From Candidatus Acidiferrum sp. (GTDB taxonomy: Bacteria > Acidobacteriota > Terriglobia > Acidiferrales > UBA7541), in the NCBI GenBank assembly GCA_035279745.1, contig DATEHE010000008.1, positions 8,358 to 72,357 of the forward strand: DNA of 64,000 bases, written 5' to 3'. Shown here piece after piece: positions 20,835 through 31,091 of this stretch. The translations under genes were made by a program, and so were the position numbers. The stretch's first letter is position 1. Each line of letters opens with the position of its first letter. A model generated the notes under the pieces. The model saw only the letters and a list, made by a program, of their open reading frames with translations. It did not search any database and was not told the DNA's origin.

Positions 20835-21482
20835 CTACTGGGGATTCGGCGGCGCATGTAGGACCGGAGGCGCAGCGGAAAGATCGCTAGGTTTCCCGCC
20901 GGAGAGATCCTGAATATGATCCTGAAGCGCTTTGATTTCGAGTTCTTCTTTTTCTATGTCGTTCTGTAAGATTTCAATTTGCTTCTGCATGCCAGGCTTC
21001 TGGTCAGGAGCGGCCCCAGGAAGATCTTTGTTAAGTCGATTGATTCCATCCTGAAGATCGTGAATTTGACCCTGCTTAGTCTCGATCAACTCCTGGGACT
21101 TCTCCTTGGTTGGGGGTAATTTGAGGGTTAGGCCAGCTTGCTTTAGCTCCTTCGAAATAGCCTTTTCCCTCGCAGCGGCGTGGGTGGCGGCCGCTTCCTG
21201 GGCCTCCTTCTCGAGGAGATAAGTGTCCGCGGGAGACCGCAAGGAAACTACCTCGTCATTCGTCCAAATCTTCCTCTGTTTGGTAGCAGTCTGCGAAGGT
21301 GTGGGCGGGGATTGCGTCTGAGCACTCTGCTGCGGCTGATTAGTCTGCTGCTGTTGTGTTGCCGGCACAAGCGGCGAGGTATCCAACACGAGCGAAACCG
21401 TGAGGGCTAGCATCCACCTGAAAAACCCTCTAAGTTCCTTACAGCGGCTCATGCTGGGCTCGAAATTACTGCGGTATTTCAT
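20835..21482 (-). CDS. secreted Gln/Pro-rich coiled-coil protein, hypothetical
   Basis: Signal-like N-terminus, a Q/P/T-rich linker and heptad-like KE-rich C-terminal half. It overlaps the end of the pilX-like gene by 17 nt. Confidence 0.5.
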   Translation of the reverse strand: MKYRSNFEPSMSRCKELRGFFRWMLALTVSLVLDTSPLVPATQQQQTNQPQQSAQTQSPPTPSQTATKQRKIWTNDEVVSLRSPADTYLLEKEAQEAAATHAAAREKAISKELKQAGLTLKLPPTKEKSQELIETKQGQIHDLQDGINRLNKDLPGAAPDQKPGMQKQIEILQNDIEKEELEIKALQDHIQDLSGGKPSDLSAAPPVLHAPPNPQ

Positions 21483-23010
21483 GGAAAGACAAAACCTGGT
21501 ATTTCAGTGGTGCCTCAGCAGCCTTGACCCAACAACTGCTGTAGTAGATCCCGTTAGCGGCCGTCGTCGAGGTAAAATTGAAATAAGGGGAAGCGGGCGC
21601 TGACGAGGCAGCCAGTGGGACTCCAGAGTCGTCGATGGTCTTTGCCACAAGGACGGCCCCTTGGATTTGTGTGTTGGTGTAACTCCCCTGGTATGAATAG
21701 ATCCAACCCTTTCCAATGACCAGGATTATCCCGTTCCAAAATGCGTCTGGATCGTAAGTGAATGAAGGCGTCGCAAGGTTAGTCATATTGCCCGTGACGA
21801 GGAGCAAGCCATATCCGGTTCCGTGCCAGCCGCTGAAGACGAGATCGCCATTCACTACGATAGTCATCGGATTCGCCGCGGACATCGCCGCGGGCATGTC
21901 CGCCTGCGTCGCGTCCCGGTTGATAACCACATCGGCGTTCATTTCAATCGTCTGAACCAGGGCGTTCAAGCCGCCGACGGTTGAGAGACTCGTGGGCAGA
22001 GAGACGAGACCAATATTGGGGTTGGGAGCGGCCGGGGGAACTGTACTCGTATAGTTGCCCCGTAGGTCAGGGCCGGAGACTTGAATCCCCTGGAGGGTGC
22101 TTGGCTGCTCGAAACTTGCTAGTGACGCGCCGGAATCCGTGTAACCGATTGCGTTCACCGCTGCGCCCGGAGCGCACGATCCGACAGGGCCCTGATCGGT
22201 CCCCTTCACATAAAAAGCAGCTGAGGTAGGAGCTGTAAACTTTGGCGATGTGCCCTCCAGGACTAATGCCGCGGGAAAAGTCAGATTCAGCTTTGACGGA
22301 GCCACCAGATACTGCAGAACCTTCTTGCTGCCTTTTGGCATTTGAGCGAGCGCGGTGATCTCGAGTACTTGAGAAGCCGTTGCCGGCGGGCTCGCAGTAG
22401 AAATCATGCTCGGCAGAGGATTGCCCGACGAGTCCACGTGGGCAGGGTCATAGTAGATCGGGGTTGTGGAATCGTACGTGCCATCCTGATTCACATCGAT
22501 GTACAGAGACTTTTCAGTGACAGCATTTATGCGGACCCACTTGTAAAGCGGCCCAGGCATGCTTTGAGCATTATTGTTCCAGAGAGACGCCACAGACTGC
22601 CAGGATGCGGCAGAAGCCTGCGTCGGACTAAATTCGGTGACGTACTCAGTATCGTAGTAAGGATTGCTGGAATCCCAGGGGGCCACAGTCTCGCCCGTAA
22701 GCCCGTTGTAAAGGTAGATGGTTTGCCCAAGGGCCATCGGCGTGGAGATCGGAATGGTCAAACCCAAATAGTTGGGATTCTTGGGCAAGAGTCTCCCGCG
22801 CGCCTCTTCCAGCCCCGCCAACGCGGAATAATAGACCGTGGAGGACGCGCGGTAGTTCGCGCCGAGCGCGGTCTCCGTTCCAGACGAAACGATCAACGCA
22901 ATCGCCACCACACTGACCAGCAGCAGTACAAAGATCGCGATGAGCAAGGCTATCCCTGCTTCGGAGTTGCGGCGTTTTCTGGGCGTTTTCCGCATCTTCT
23001 TACTGACCAC
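21466..23010 (-). CDS. PilX-N-terminal-domain-like large pseudopilin/pilus-associated protein
   Basis: Basic N-terminus, then the hydrophobic helix EAGIALLIAIFVLLLVSVVAIAL and YYSALAGLEEARGRL. It is the last and largest gene of the minor-pilin operon. Confidence 0.6.
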   Translation of the reverse strand: MVSKKMRKTPRKRRNSEAGIALLIAIFVLLLVSVVAIALIVSSGTETALGANYRASSTVYYSALAGLEEARGRLLPKNPNYLGLTIPISTPMALGQTIYLYNGLTGETVAPWDSSNPYYDTEYVTEFSPTQASAASWQSVASLWNNNAQSMPGPLYKWVRINAVTEKSLYIDVNQDGTYDSTTPIYYDPAHVDSSGNPLPSMISTASPPATASQVLEITALAQMPKGSKKVLQYLVAPSKLNLTFPAALVLEGTSPKFTAPTSAAFYVKGTDQGPVGSCAPGAAVNAIGYTDSGASLASFEQPSTLQGIQVSGPDLRGNYTSTVPPAAPNPNIGLVSLPTSLSTVGGLNALVQTIEMNADVVINRDATQADMPAAMSAANPMTIVVNGDLVFSGWHGTGYGLLLVTGNMTNLATPSFTYDPDAFWNGIILVIGKGWIYSYQGSYTNTQIQGAVLVAKTIDDSGVPLAASSAPASPYFNFTSTTAANGIYYSSCWVKAAEAPLKYQVLSFHEIPQ

Positions 23011-23827
23011 TCGGTATCGGATTCAGGCTGTGCCCCCGTCCATGCAATTCGACCAGCCGAGGCTGTTGCGTTTGAGCATCCGGAGTAGGCGCCATCACAA
23101 TCAATGTGATTTCCACGTCCGTGACATTCATTGGCGAATTGTAGGAACCCGCGAGTGGACACGCGATGCTCGCTGGAGGCGGCGTTGCATTAGGGCAGAT
23201 GTATGTGAACACGGGCACGGGATTCCCGCCGGGGAACATGTTCGGATACACGGCCCGAAACTGAGCGATCTGGGCGGCCGGCGCATTGTTCATCACATTC
23301 TGTACATACGGAACAAAGTCTGCGGAAGTGGTTCCAGCGGGATCAGTGCCCGTCTTATAGGTTTGCGCCCGCGACAAAACATTGCCATTGAGCTGGTACC
23401 TGGTCCACTCGACCCCGTCGTGTCGCCAGGGATCCACATCACGTTCGATGATCATGTCGAAATCCGAAGGCCCCGGATCGCACGTGCCTCCACCCGCTGT
23501 CCCAATCTGACAAGGTGTGCTCGGGTAACCCGGATTCCATGCGATCGGTGTGCTCGCATAAAGATTTGCCGGCGGTACTGCCGGGGTGAAGGAAAACGAG
23601 CTTTTCGGCGGATAACCTGACCCATTGACGTCCCTGACAATTTCATCCAGGCCGAAACGCGCCTCTTGAAAGGAGTTCAGAACCTGGGATTCGGTTTGAT
23701 ATCTCTGCTGTGCCACGGATAGCAAGCCAAACGCGGCGCCGCAGAGCAAAATGAAGACCACCGCGGCGATCATCATTTCGATGAGCGAAAAGCCGCCTTG
23801 CTGCCGGATTAGCCGCTGGCGTTTCAT
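23000..23827 (-). CDS. prepilin-type N-terminal cleavage/methylation domain protein (PilW-like minor pilin)
   Basis: QGGFSLIEMMIAAVVFILL prepilin motif. Confidence 0.7.
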   Translation of the reverse strand: MKRQRLIRQQGGFSLIEMMIAAVVFILLCGAAFGLLSVAQQRYQTESQVLNSFQEARFGLDEIVRDVNGSGYPPKSSFSFTPAVPPANLYASTPIAWNPGYPSTPCQIGTAGGGTCDPGPSDFDMIIERDVDPWRHDGVEWTRYQLNGNVLSRAQTYKTGTDPAGTTSADFVPYVQNVMNNAPAAQIAQFRAVYPNMFPGGNPVPVFTYICPNATPPPASIACPLAGSYNSPMNVTDVEITLIVMAPTPDAQTQQPRLVELHGRGHSLNPIPSGQ

Positions 23828-24390
23828 CTTTCTAGAATCGTATCCAGCGTGACGGGCTTATAAATCCCGTTGCCGCCCTTTCTTCTGGCCCCCAGGATGA
23901 ATCGCTTCGACGAAACCATGCCGCTGTTCGCAACAGTGATCACCGCCCAGCGAACGTCATAGACCACTCCAGCGGGGTCGTTCGGATCCTGGTAGGTGAA
24001 GCTATATCCAGCCACAGGCGACGCGGTAAAATCGATGATCACCTGATCATAATTGACTAGAGTCGGGCTCCCCACAACGGTATTCGACTGGGCCGGATCC
24101 CCCAGATCGCAGCTATTTCCTTCAGCATCAATAAACGACGGAGGGCTGAAGGACATGTTGAGCGGCTGCCTCAAGAATTGATCCATCTCCCGCTGCGCGA
24201 ACACGAGCGCTGCGGAATCGTTCCGATTGATGGAATTCGAACTGATGGATGCAGGAACCAACTGCGCGACCGCCACGATGCCCACCAGCAGGATCACGAT
24301 GGCCATTAAGACCTCAATCAGCGTGAAGCCGCTCTGCGGGTCGCGTGTCCGCGAATGTTGATTCAGCCGCACCTGTCTCATGCTGGTCAT
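23824..24390 (-). CDS. type IV pilus modification/minor pilin PilV-like
   Basis: QSGFTLIEVLMAIVILLVGIVAV prepilin motif. It shares a 4-nt overlap with the downstream gene. Confidence 0.7.
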   Translation of the reverse strand: MTSMRQVRLNQHSRTRDPQSGFTLIEVLMAIVILLVGIVAVAQLVPASISSNSINRNDSAALVFAQREMDQFLRQPLNMSFSPPSFIDAEGNSCDLGDPAQSNTVVGSPTLVNYDQVIIDFTASPVAGYSFTYQDPNDPAGVVYDVRWAVITVANSGMVSSKRFILGARRKGGNGIYKPVTLDTILER

Positions 24391-24406
24391 GCAGCTCCCA
24401 GTTGCC

Positions 24407-25057
24407 TCAACTCACTCGATGCCAGTCTCCGGAAGAGGAACTGGCCCATACCTGCACCGCACCCGACGGCATCGTAATGATGGCTCTGTATCCTACGCTC
24501 GGATCGGTACCGCTTCCGAGATATAGTACAGAAACTGTGTACGTCGTCTTGACGCCACGCTGATCGTACGTGATGCTGTTGTTTGCTCCCGAAAGAACTG
24601 TCCACCCATATAGTTGATTCCCGTAGCCCGGACCTAGCGATGAGATTATCGGCGTGGGGCTCGGAACCGAACCATCCGGCAGCAGCGTGAAACCCCCTCC
24701 TCCGATGAACATCTGCGGCTCGGCCTGATCTGCTTCGCCGTTTCCGTTCGAATCCACCCACACCAGCCAATTACTGCCCTGTTGTTTGATCTGGCAGCTC
24801 ACTTGCGTATTCTGACGGATGGCGTCGAACTTCGTAAACTTCAGCATTCCCGCCAACTGCGAAGCTGCGGAATTCAGTTGATAGCTTTGCAGAGAGCGCA
24901 TAATGACTGGGATTGCCAGCGTCGAGATAATCATGAGCACGACGAGGGAGAGAACGACTTCGACCAAACTAAAGCCATTTCGTGGGCTTCGGACGGGGCG
25001 AACGATAATGAGGCCAGGTTTCATTTTGGGACGACACAATTCCTCAGGTTCCCTCAT
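24407..25057 (-). CDS. GspH/FimT-like pseudopilin
   Basis: RNGFSLVEVVLSLVVLMII prepilin motif. It is the first gene of the operon. Confidence 0.7.
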   Translation of the reverse strand: MREPEELCRPKMKPGLIIVRPVRSPRNGFSLVEVVLSLVVLMIISTLAIPVIMRSLQSYQLNSAASQLAGMLKFTKFDAIRQNTQVSCQIKQQGSNWLVWVDSNGNGEADQAEPQMFIGGGGFTLLPDGSVPSPTPIISSLGPGYGNQLYGWTVLSGANNSITYDQRGVKTTYTVSVLYLGSGTDPSVGYRAIITMPSGAVQVWASSSSGDWHRVS

Positions 25058-25379
25058 TTCAGAACCTAGCTAAGTTCCCGAGATTATGACATTTTAGCAG
25101 CAGAATCCCATAGTTCCCGCGTACCCAATTCGCTGGACCATAGGACTAGTTACCTCAGGACCTCCAGGACGGCGAGTCGCAGGTGCCCCGAGCGCTTGTG
25201 GCGTCTGAGGTCTGATAACACAGCTCTGGGTTCCAAAATGAAATGGCGCCTCAGCGACTTTCGGCACAGTAAGTGTTTTATTTTCAATTAGATTGCCCGC
25301 GGGAGAATGTTTGCGATTGGCTGGGCGGTTGAGCGCAATCCACGCAAACACCTCATAATACGGCCTACGATCCACCTGC

Positions 25380-26288
25380 TCAGTTGTTGTCGACGTTTTG
25401 CTTGCTTTTCTTGACCTTGGCCGCGCCGAACCGTTTTTTCAGAGAGTCCCGGTCGAAAAAATCGCTAGCAAACCCTGGGTTGTACGCGCACGCATCCAGG
25501 AAAAATTGCGCCACCTGCCTGTCATTGTGGAGTCTGGTGACCTGCATGGGCGTCCAAACGCTGCCTTTTAATTGATAATTCGAATAGATGTTTACGTCTT
25601 CATCATGCTCGCGAGTTTCTTGGTTGTCGGTTATGACCACGCTACGAACAAGCAACTTGGTCAGGCGATCGACTGCCAGGCGGAACGTGCGCTGCTCGGG
25701 ATCAGTCAATTCCACCCAGTCCACTTCCTTCAAATCCACGGTGTCAATCCCGCCATACCGGTAGGTCCAGCCCGGCTCCTTCAAACGCACGCGCAACACG
25801 TTGTCAATATTGCGTTTCACCTGCTCCTGAAAATCGGCAATTGTTGTGGCGGGGAGTTCCGTAATTCCTCCCCGATCCAGCGTCCAGCCCTGATTTCCGT
25901 TGTAGAGCGCGACGATGACTCCGCCGTTCGCCAGGTCCAGCCCGTCCACCCCGATGACCGTATTGATTATGTTCTTGAGGTTGTGGCTCTTCGCGGTGAA
26001 CTCGAGCCGTTCTTTATCCGGATAAAGCCGCGATTCAGTGAACGGGATGTATCCCGTAATCGCCCCGCTGTGTCCGAACTGCGCGCGGGTTCCGTGGCAT
26101 TCACTTTCGGTGGCGTTCAAGTAGCCCGCCGCGCCGCGCGCATTGATCAAATCCTGAATGATTTGCTTGGCTTTGGCTTCGCTCTGTTCCGGCATCATGG
26201 TTTCCGGATTTTGAGCAAGCGCGCTCAGCGCAAGGACAGCGCTGAGAAAAACACTACACACAACTGGAAGCGCAAACCTCATCCGCAC
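25380..26288 (-). CDS. secreted hypothetical protein
   Basis: 302 aa with a signal peptide (ALSALAQ). No motif was recognised. Confidence 0.5.
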   Translation of the reverse strand: MRMRFALPVVCSVFLSAVLALSALAQNPETMMPEQSEAKAKQIIQDLINARGAAGYLNATESECHGTRAQFGHSGAITGYIPFTESRLYPDKERLEFTAKSHNLKNIINTVIGVDGLDLANGGVIVALYNGNQGWTLDRGGITELPATTIADFQEQVKRNIDNVLRVRLKEPGWTYRYGGIDTVDLKEVDWVELTDPEQRTFRLAVDRLTKLLVRSVVITDNQETREHDEDVNIYSNYQLKGSVWTPMQVTRLHNDRQVAQFFLDACAYNPGFASDFFDRDSLKKRFGAAKVKKSKQNVDNN

Positions 26289-27043
26289 AACACGGATCCT
26301 CCGTTTACATTGATGATTTCGCCCGTGAGGAAGTTGGCTAGGTCCGACGCCAGGAAGAGGATTGGACCCGCGATTTCTTCGGCGGTTGCCGCACGGCCCA
26401 GCGGAATTGCCGCCGCAATCGCCTTCGCGCCTGCCTTTGTTTGAATGTATGGGTTCGACATGTCCGTGGCCACCCAGCCCGGTGCAATTGAATTCACCAA
26501 AATATTGTGCCGCGCCAATTCCGTCGAAAGGCCCTTCACCAGGCTAATCACGCCGCCTTTGCTTGCCCCGTAGTGCGTGTGCAACGATTCGCCGCGCTGC
26601 CCTGCCGTGGAAGTGATTGGGATGATTTTCCCGGACTTCTGTTTGATCATCTGCGGCACGCTGAAATGAATGATGGAGTAGACGCTTTTCAAATTTACCC
26701 GAATCATTTCGTCCCATTGCTTCTCGCTCATACCCTCAATCGGCAAATCTTCCGCGTTCCAAACACCCGCGTTTGCCACCACGATATCCAGCCTGCCCAG
26801 CCGAGCGAGACATTGATCCACCAGTTTCTTGTTGTCCGCGTGCCTCCCCACGTCGGCCTTGAACGCCTCGACCCGCGTTCCATGCTTCGCCGCTTCCTGT
26901 TCGACTTGCAGCGCGGCGTCCTTCGCTTTGTTGTAACTGAAAATCACGTCGGCGCCAGCCTGGGCGAAAAGCTTGACGGTTGCCGCTCCTATCCCCCTCG
27001 AGCCGCCCGTAATCAGTGCCGCCTTGCCTGCAAGTGAAATCAT
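26279..27043 (-). CDS. SDR family oxidoreductase (FabG-like 3-oxoacyl reductase)
   Basis: Cofactor motif TGGSRGIGAA, NAG, and the catalytic YGASKGG (YxxxK). Confidence 0.85.
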   Translation of the reverse strand: MISLAGKAALITGGSRGIGAATVKLFAQAGADVIFSYNKAKDAALQVEQEAAKHGTRVEAFKADVGRHADNKKLVDQCLARLGRLDIVVANAGVWNAEDLPIEGMSEKQWDEMIRVNLKSVYSIIHFSVPQMIKQKSGKIIPITSTAGQRGESLHTHYGASKGGVISLVKGLSTELARHNILVNSIAPGWVATDMSNPYIQTKAGAKAIAAAIPLGRAATAEEIAGPILFLASDLANFLTGEIINVNGGSVLCG

Positions 27044-27100
27044 CCATTCCCCCCGTCAATGTGTGAATCGAATTCCGTATAGCATCCATTCAGCAAGGGA

Positions 27101-27859
27101 CTACGCTTCTTGCACTGCGGCGTCGCGAGCTGCCGCCACGAATCCGCGGAATAACCGCTCCGAGAATGCGTCTCCAAACATCCGCTCCGGATGCCACTGC
27201 ACGCCCACCACCCAGTTCGAATCGCCCGTCCACTCCACACCTTCGATGACTCCATCCGGCGATTGAGCCGTGGCTCGTAAGTGTTCGCCCGGTTTCGAAA
27301 TCGCCTGGTGATGGGAGCTGTTCACTCTTCCCACTTCTCCGGAAGCAAGCTCGGCCAATTTGCTGCCGGCTTCGAACGTCGCGCCATGAACCGGATCTTC
27401 GTTTGGCTCGGGAACGAGGTCCTTCTTCCTGTGAGCGGTAGCCGTTCCCAGTTCCGAGCGCACATCTTGGATCAGCGTTCCCCCGAGATAGACATTCAGA
27501 AGTTGGCACCCATAGCAGATCGCGAGAACCGGCTTTTTTTGTGCGAAGGCATGCTCGAGGATAGCCCGGTCCGCCGATTCGCGCGGCAAATCCGCCGGCG
27601 CCGACTTCCCTCGATTCATCTCACCGTACTCCGTGGGGTCGACGTCCGCCGGGCTGCCCGGCAGGACAAAGGCGTCCATCTCGGGGATCAGCCGATGCTG
27701 CTCCCTGTGGTCTGCTAGAGGGATCAGTACTGGTTCTCCTCCTGCTTTCCGCACTGCCTCCTCATAATTCGCAATTTTGGGTCGGTTCTGCTCCGCCTCT
27801 TCTATGGACGTTCGCCAGGGAATGCCGACACGGGGCCGGTGCAGGGCTTGAGTGCTCAT
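27101..27859 (-). CDS. class I glutamine amidotransferase / gamma-glutamyl-GABA hydrolase family (peptidase C26)
   Basis: Nucleophile elbow AICYGCQLLN and SSHHQA, with WHPE near the C-terminus. Confidence 0.8.
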   Translation of the reverse strand: MSTQALHRPRVGIPWRTSIEEAEQNRPKIANYEEAVRKAGGEPVLIPLADHREQHRLIPEMDAFVLPGSPADVDPTEYGEMNRGKSAPADLPRESADRAILEHAFAQKKPVLAICYGCQLLNVYLGGTLIQDVRSELGTATAHRKKDLVPEPNEDPVHGATFEAGSKLAELASGEVGRVNSSHHQAISKPGEHLRATAQSPDGVIEGVEWTGDSNWVVGVQWHPERMFGDAFSERLFRGFVAAARDAAVQEA

Positions 27860-27927
27860 GGAATTTCAAATCGTAGCATTCGCGGAATAAGGCAGCAACC
27901 CGGCTGAGTCGCCGCGTGAGAGGATTC

Positions 27928-29073
27928 TCAGCTGCGTGTCGCTGGAATGTCTGTGTGGCCGCAGCTGTCCAGGCAGTATTCCGGCCGCTGGAAAAAGGGG
28001 GGCAAAGAGGGAAAGCGGCTCAGCAACTGCTCAAACGATGGCGCTCGGAGCGTGACATGTCCAAGCTTGCGCCCCGGCCTGGGTTCTTTCCCATACAAAT
28101 GCAGGTGCGCCGAAGGCACGGCAAGCACTTTAGCGGAGTCTGGTACCTCGCCAATCAGATTGATCATTGCGGAAGCGCCAATTGCAGTCGTGGCGCCGAG
28201 CGGGAATCCGTGAATGGCCCGCAGATGATTCTCGAATTGGCTTGTCACCGCCCCTTCGATCGTCCAATGGCCGGAATTGTGAACGCGCGGCGCCATCTCA
28301 TTCGCCAGCAATTCGCCGTCGCGCTCGAAAAACTCAATGGCCAGTACTCCGACATAATTCAGCGTTTCCAAAACTTTGCGCGCGGCGCTCTCCGCACTCT
28401 GCTGGATTTCCGGCGAAACATCGGGCGCCGGCGCGAGAGACAGCCGCAAAATTCCATGGCGGTGATGATTTTCCACAAGCGGATAGAACACCGTCTCGCC
28501 GGTCTTGCTGCGAACGGCGAGCACGGACAACTCGCGCGTGAACGGCACGTACCGCTCCAAAATGCACGGCACACGCGGCATCGCGTCGCGCGCGACCCGG
28601 AAGTCTTCCTGGGTCTTCAGGATCCACTGACCCTTGCCGTCGTAACCCATCCTTCGGGTCTTCAACACTGCGGGCAGTCCGGTTTTCTTTAGCGCCAGCT
28701 CCAATTCTGATGCCGCCGGAACTGGTGCAAACGCCGTCGTCGCGATCCCCAGCTTTTCGAACAGCTGCTTTTCGCGAAGCCGGTCCTGCGCCGTCTCCAG
28801 CGCCAGCGGCGGCGGATAAACCACGACTTTCTTCGCCAGAAAATGCACCGCGTCCACTGGAACATTCTCGAATTCGTACGTGACCACTTCGAGGCCGTGC
28901 GCGAATTTCTCCAGCGTCGCGCGATCCGAGTAATCTCCCGTCACTCGCGGCGCAATTCGCCCCACCGGCGCTTCCGGCGACGGATCGAAAAACCGGAATC
29001 TCATTCCCAGCGGGTAGCCCGCCAAAGCAAGCATGTAACCAAGCTGTCCGCCGCCCAGGATCCCAATGCTCAC
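27928..29073 (-). CDS. purK: 5-(carboxyamino)imidazole ribonucleotide synthase
   Basis: Starts [10 protein letters not shown], has an ATP-grasp core, and is translationally coupled to purE upstream. Confidence 0.9.
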   Translation of the reverse strand: MSIGILGGGQLGYMLALAGYPLGMRFRFFDPSPEAPVGRIAPRVTGDYSDRATLEKFAHGLEVVTYEFENVPVDAVHFLAKKVVVYPPPLALETAQDRLREKQLFEKLGIATTAFAPVPAASELELALKKTGLPAVLKTRRMGYDGKGQWILKTQEDFRVARDAMPRVPCILERYVPFTRELSVLAVRSKTGETVFYPLVENHHRHGILRLSLAPAPDVSPEIQQSAESAARKVLETLNYVGVLAIEFFERDGELLANEMAPRVHNSGHWTIEGAVTSQFENHLRAIHGFPLGATTAIGASAMINLIGEVPDSAKVLAVPSAHLHLYGKEPRPGRKLGHVTLRAPSFEQLLSRFPSLPPFFQRPEYCLDSCGHTDIPATRS

Positions 29074-29687
29074 GCCGATTTCCTCTTGGCCCGTCTCGCC
29101 GCGCTCGCCGGATTCGGGGTGGACAAGACTCGCTTTGTCTGTTCGCTTCGGAAATTTCGCAGCGCTTCTCGTATGTGCGGATGCTTTACACCAAGAATCG
29201 CCGCCGCCAGCAGCGCTGCATTGATCGCTCCCGCTTTCCCAATCGCCAGCGTCCCCACAGGGATGCCGCCAGGCATTTGCGCGATCGAAAGTAGCGAATC
29301 CAACCCCTTCAATGCTTTGGATTCCACTGGAACACCCAGGACCGGCAGAACAGTTTTCGATGCCGTCATGCCGGGGAGATGCGCCGCCCCGCCCGCTCCC
29401 GCGATGATCACTTCGATGCCTCGCTCTTCCGCGCTCGAAGCGTACTCAAACAGCAAATCCGGCGTGCGGTGCGCCGAGACCACCCTCGTCTCGTACGGCA
29501 CGCCAAGGTCCTTGAGGGTATTGGCGGCATGCTCCAAAGTTTCCCAATCGGAAGTCGAGCCCATGATCACGCCGACGAGTGGCTCCGCTCCCTGTCGCCC
29601 GTGCTTCAAATTGCGCTGGCTCGCTCGCGTCTGCGTTCTTGAATTCTTTTTCCTCATGATCACCCAGGAATCCACACGTACGCGCAT
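29070..29687 (-). CDS. purE: 5-(carboxyamino)imidazole ribonucleotide mutase
   Basis: Contains [14 protein letters not shown] and [10 protein letters not shown]. The start is either ATG 29687 or ATG 29657. Confidence 0.9.
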   Translation of the reverse strand: MRVRVDSWVIMRKKNSRTQTRASQRNLKHGRQGAEPLVGVIMGSTSDWETLEHAANTLKDLGVPYETRVVSAHRTPDLLFEYASSAEERGIEVIIAGAGGAAHLPGMTASKTVLPVLGVPVESKALKGLDSLLSIAQMPGGIPVGTLAIGKAGAINAALLAAAILGVKHPHIREALRNFRSEQTKRVLSTPNPASAARRAKRKSA

Positions 29688-29746
29688 TCACGCTTCGGCG
29701 CTCCTGCACTTTACCGGATTCGCGGAAGATTATTCTACGGTGATTT

Positions 29747-31090
29747 TCAGTGCGCTGCGACCGCGGCACGATTTTTCCAGTATTCGCGCAACTGTCCCAC
29801 GAGGTACAGCGAGCCAGCCACGATTACCGCGTCGTCCGCTCCAGAGTGTTCCAGCGCGTATTCCAGAGCCGCGTCCGGCTCGGTTAGCACTTTTAATTTA
29901 GCTGCGTGATGCGCCGTCAATTCCGAAAGTTGCGCTACGGATATGGCGCGCGTCGTCTTTGGCTGCGTCAAAATCACTTCGGCGGCAAATGGAAACAAAA
30001 TTCCCGCGATTTCATCCACTGCTTTGTCCCGCAACGCTCCGAAGACGAGCCGGATTTTTCTTCCCTGGAAATTTTGCGCCAGGAATTCCGCCAGCTCTCT
30101 AGCTGCCGATGGATTGTGTGCTCCATCCAGGTATACGTCCGGGCGGCTTTGCAGCTTTTCCAATCTTCCCGGCCATGTGGCCTGCGCAATTCCCTCGGCA
30201 ATCGCAGCGTCCGGAATCCGGTACCCTCGGTTTTGCAGGTAACGCGCCGCCGCCACGGCATTCAACGCATTCTGCAGTTGGAACTTTCCCGGCAACTGCG
30301 GAGCCAATTCCATCTGCCATCCCGTCGCGGCCTCCGACACGATCGCCCTCCCGCATCCGTGTTCCATCCACTGTCGTTTCTTTTCGAATGCCACCTCGGT
30401 CTCGATGATTGGCGCACGCAACTCGCTTGCGCGCCGCTTAATCACGGCCATCGCCTCGAGACGCTGCGCCGCCACCACGACCGGTGTCCCCGGCTTCACG
30501 ATGCCGGCCTTCTCGCCGGCGATTTCCTCGAGCGAGTGGCCAAGAAAATTTTCGTGGTCGAAATCAACGCGCGTGATCACAGAAATTATTGGAGCAAGAA
30601 TGTTGGTGGCGTCCAGCCGCCCTCCCAGACCGACCTCAATCACTCCGAATTCCACGCGCTTTCGTGCAAACGCCTCGAACGCCAGCGCGGTGACGCACTC
30701 GAAAAAAGTGGGATGCGCGCGCAGTTTGCCGGAGGCCAGCAGCTCTTCATTCAATTTCTGAATCCGCGTGAAGTTTTCCGCGAAATCGCCGTCGCTGATT
30801 GCCTCTCCGTTCACTCGAATCCGCTCATTGATTCGTTCCAGGTGCGGCGAGGTATTCAGTCCCGTGCGGAATCCGGCGCGGCGCAGGATTGCTTCCAGGA
30901 ATGCCGCGGTCGAGCCCTTTCCATTCGTTCCCGCGATGTGCGCGTTCGGATAACTGCGTTGCGGGTTTCCCAGCCGTTCCGCCAGAACGCTGATGTTTTC
31001 CAGATCGAATTTCGCCGCGGCTGCTTGCGTGGGCGCCGCCAATTCCCTGCCCAGCGAAAGCAGGTAACGTACTGCTTCGTCGTAGGTCAT
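29747..31090 (-). CDS. folC: bifunctional folylpolyglutamate synthase/dihydrofolate synthase
   Basis: P-loop HIAGTNGKGST and a Mur-ligase-like organisation. It lies directly downstream of accD, as in E. coli. Confidence 0.9.
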   Translation of the reverse strand: MTYDEAVRYLLSLGRELAAPTQAAAAKFDLENISVLAERLGNPQRSYPNAHIAGTNGKGSTAAFLEAILRRAGFRTGLNTSPHLERINERIRVNGEAISDGDFAENFTRIQKLNEELLASGKLRAHPTFFECVTALAFEAFARKRVEFGVIEVGLGGRLDATNILAPIISVITRVDFDHENFLGHSLEEIAGEKAGIVKPGTPVVVAAQRLEAMAVIKRRASELRAPIIETEVAFEKKRQWMEHGCGRAIVSEAATGWQMELAPQLPGKFQLQNALNAVAAARYLQNRGYRIPDAAIAEGIAQATWPGRLEKLQSRPDVYLDGAHNPSAARELAEFLAQNFQGRKIRLVFGALRDKAVDEIAGILFPFAAEVILTQPKTTRAISVAQLSELTAHHAAKLKVLTEPDAALEYALEHSGADDAVIVAGSLYLVGQLREYWKNRAAVAAH

Positions 31091-31091
31091 T

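Noticed and set aside
25094-25375. 93-aa ORF between the pilin operon and the 302-aa gene
   Set aside because: It has no Shine-Dalgarno sequence, no motif and odd composition. It lies in what is more likely the promoter/leader of the pilin operon.
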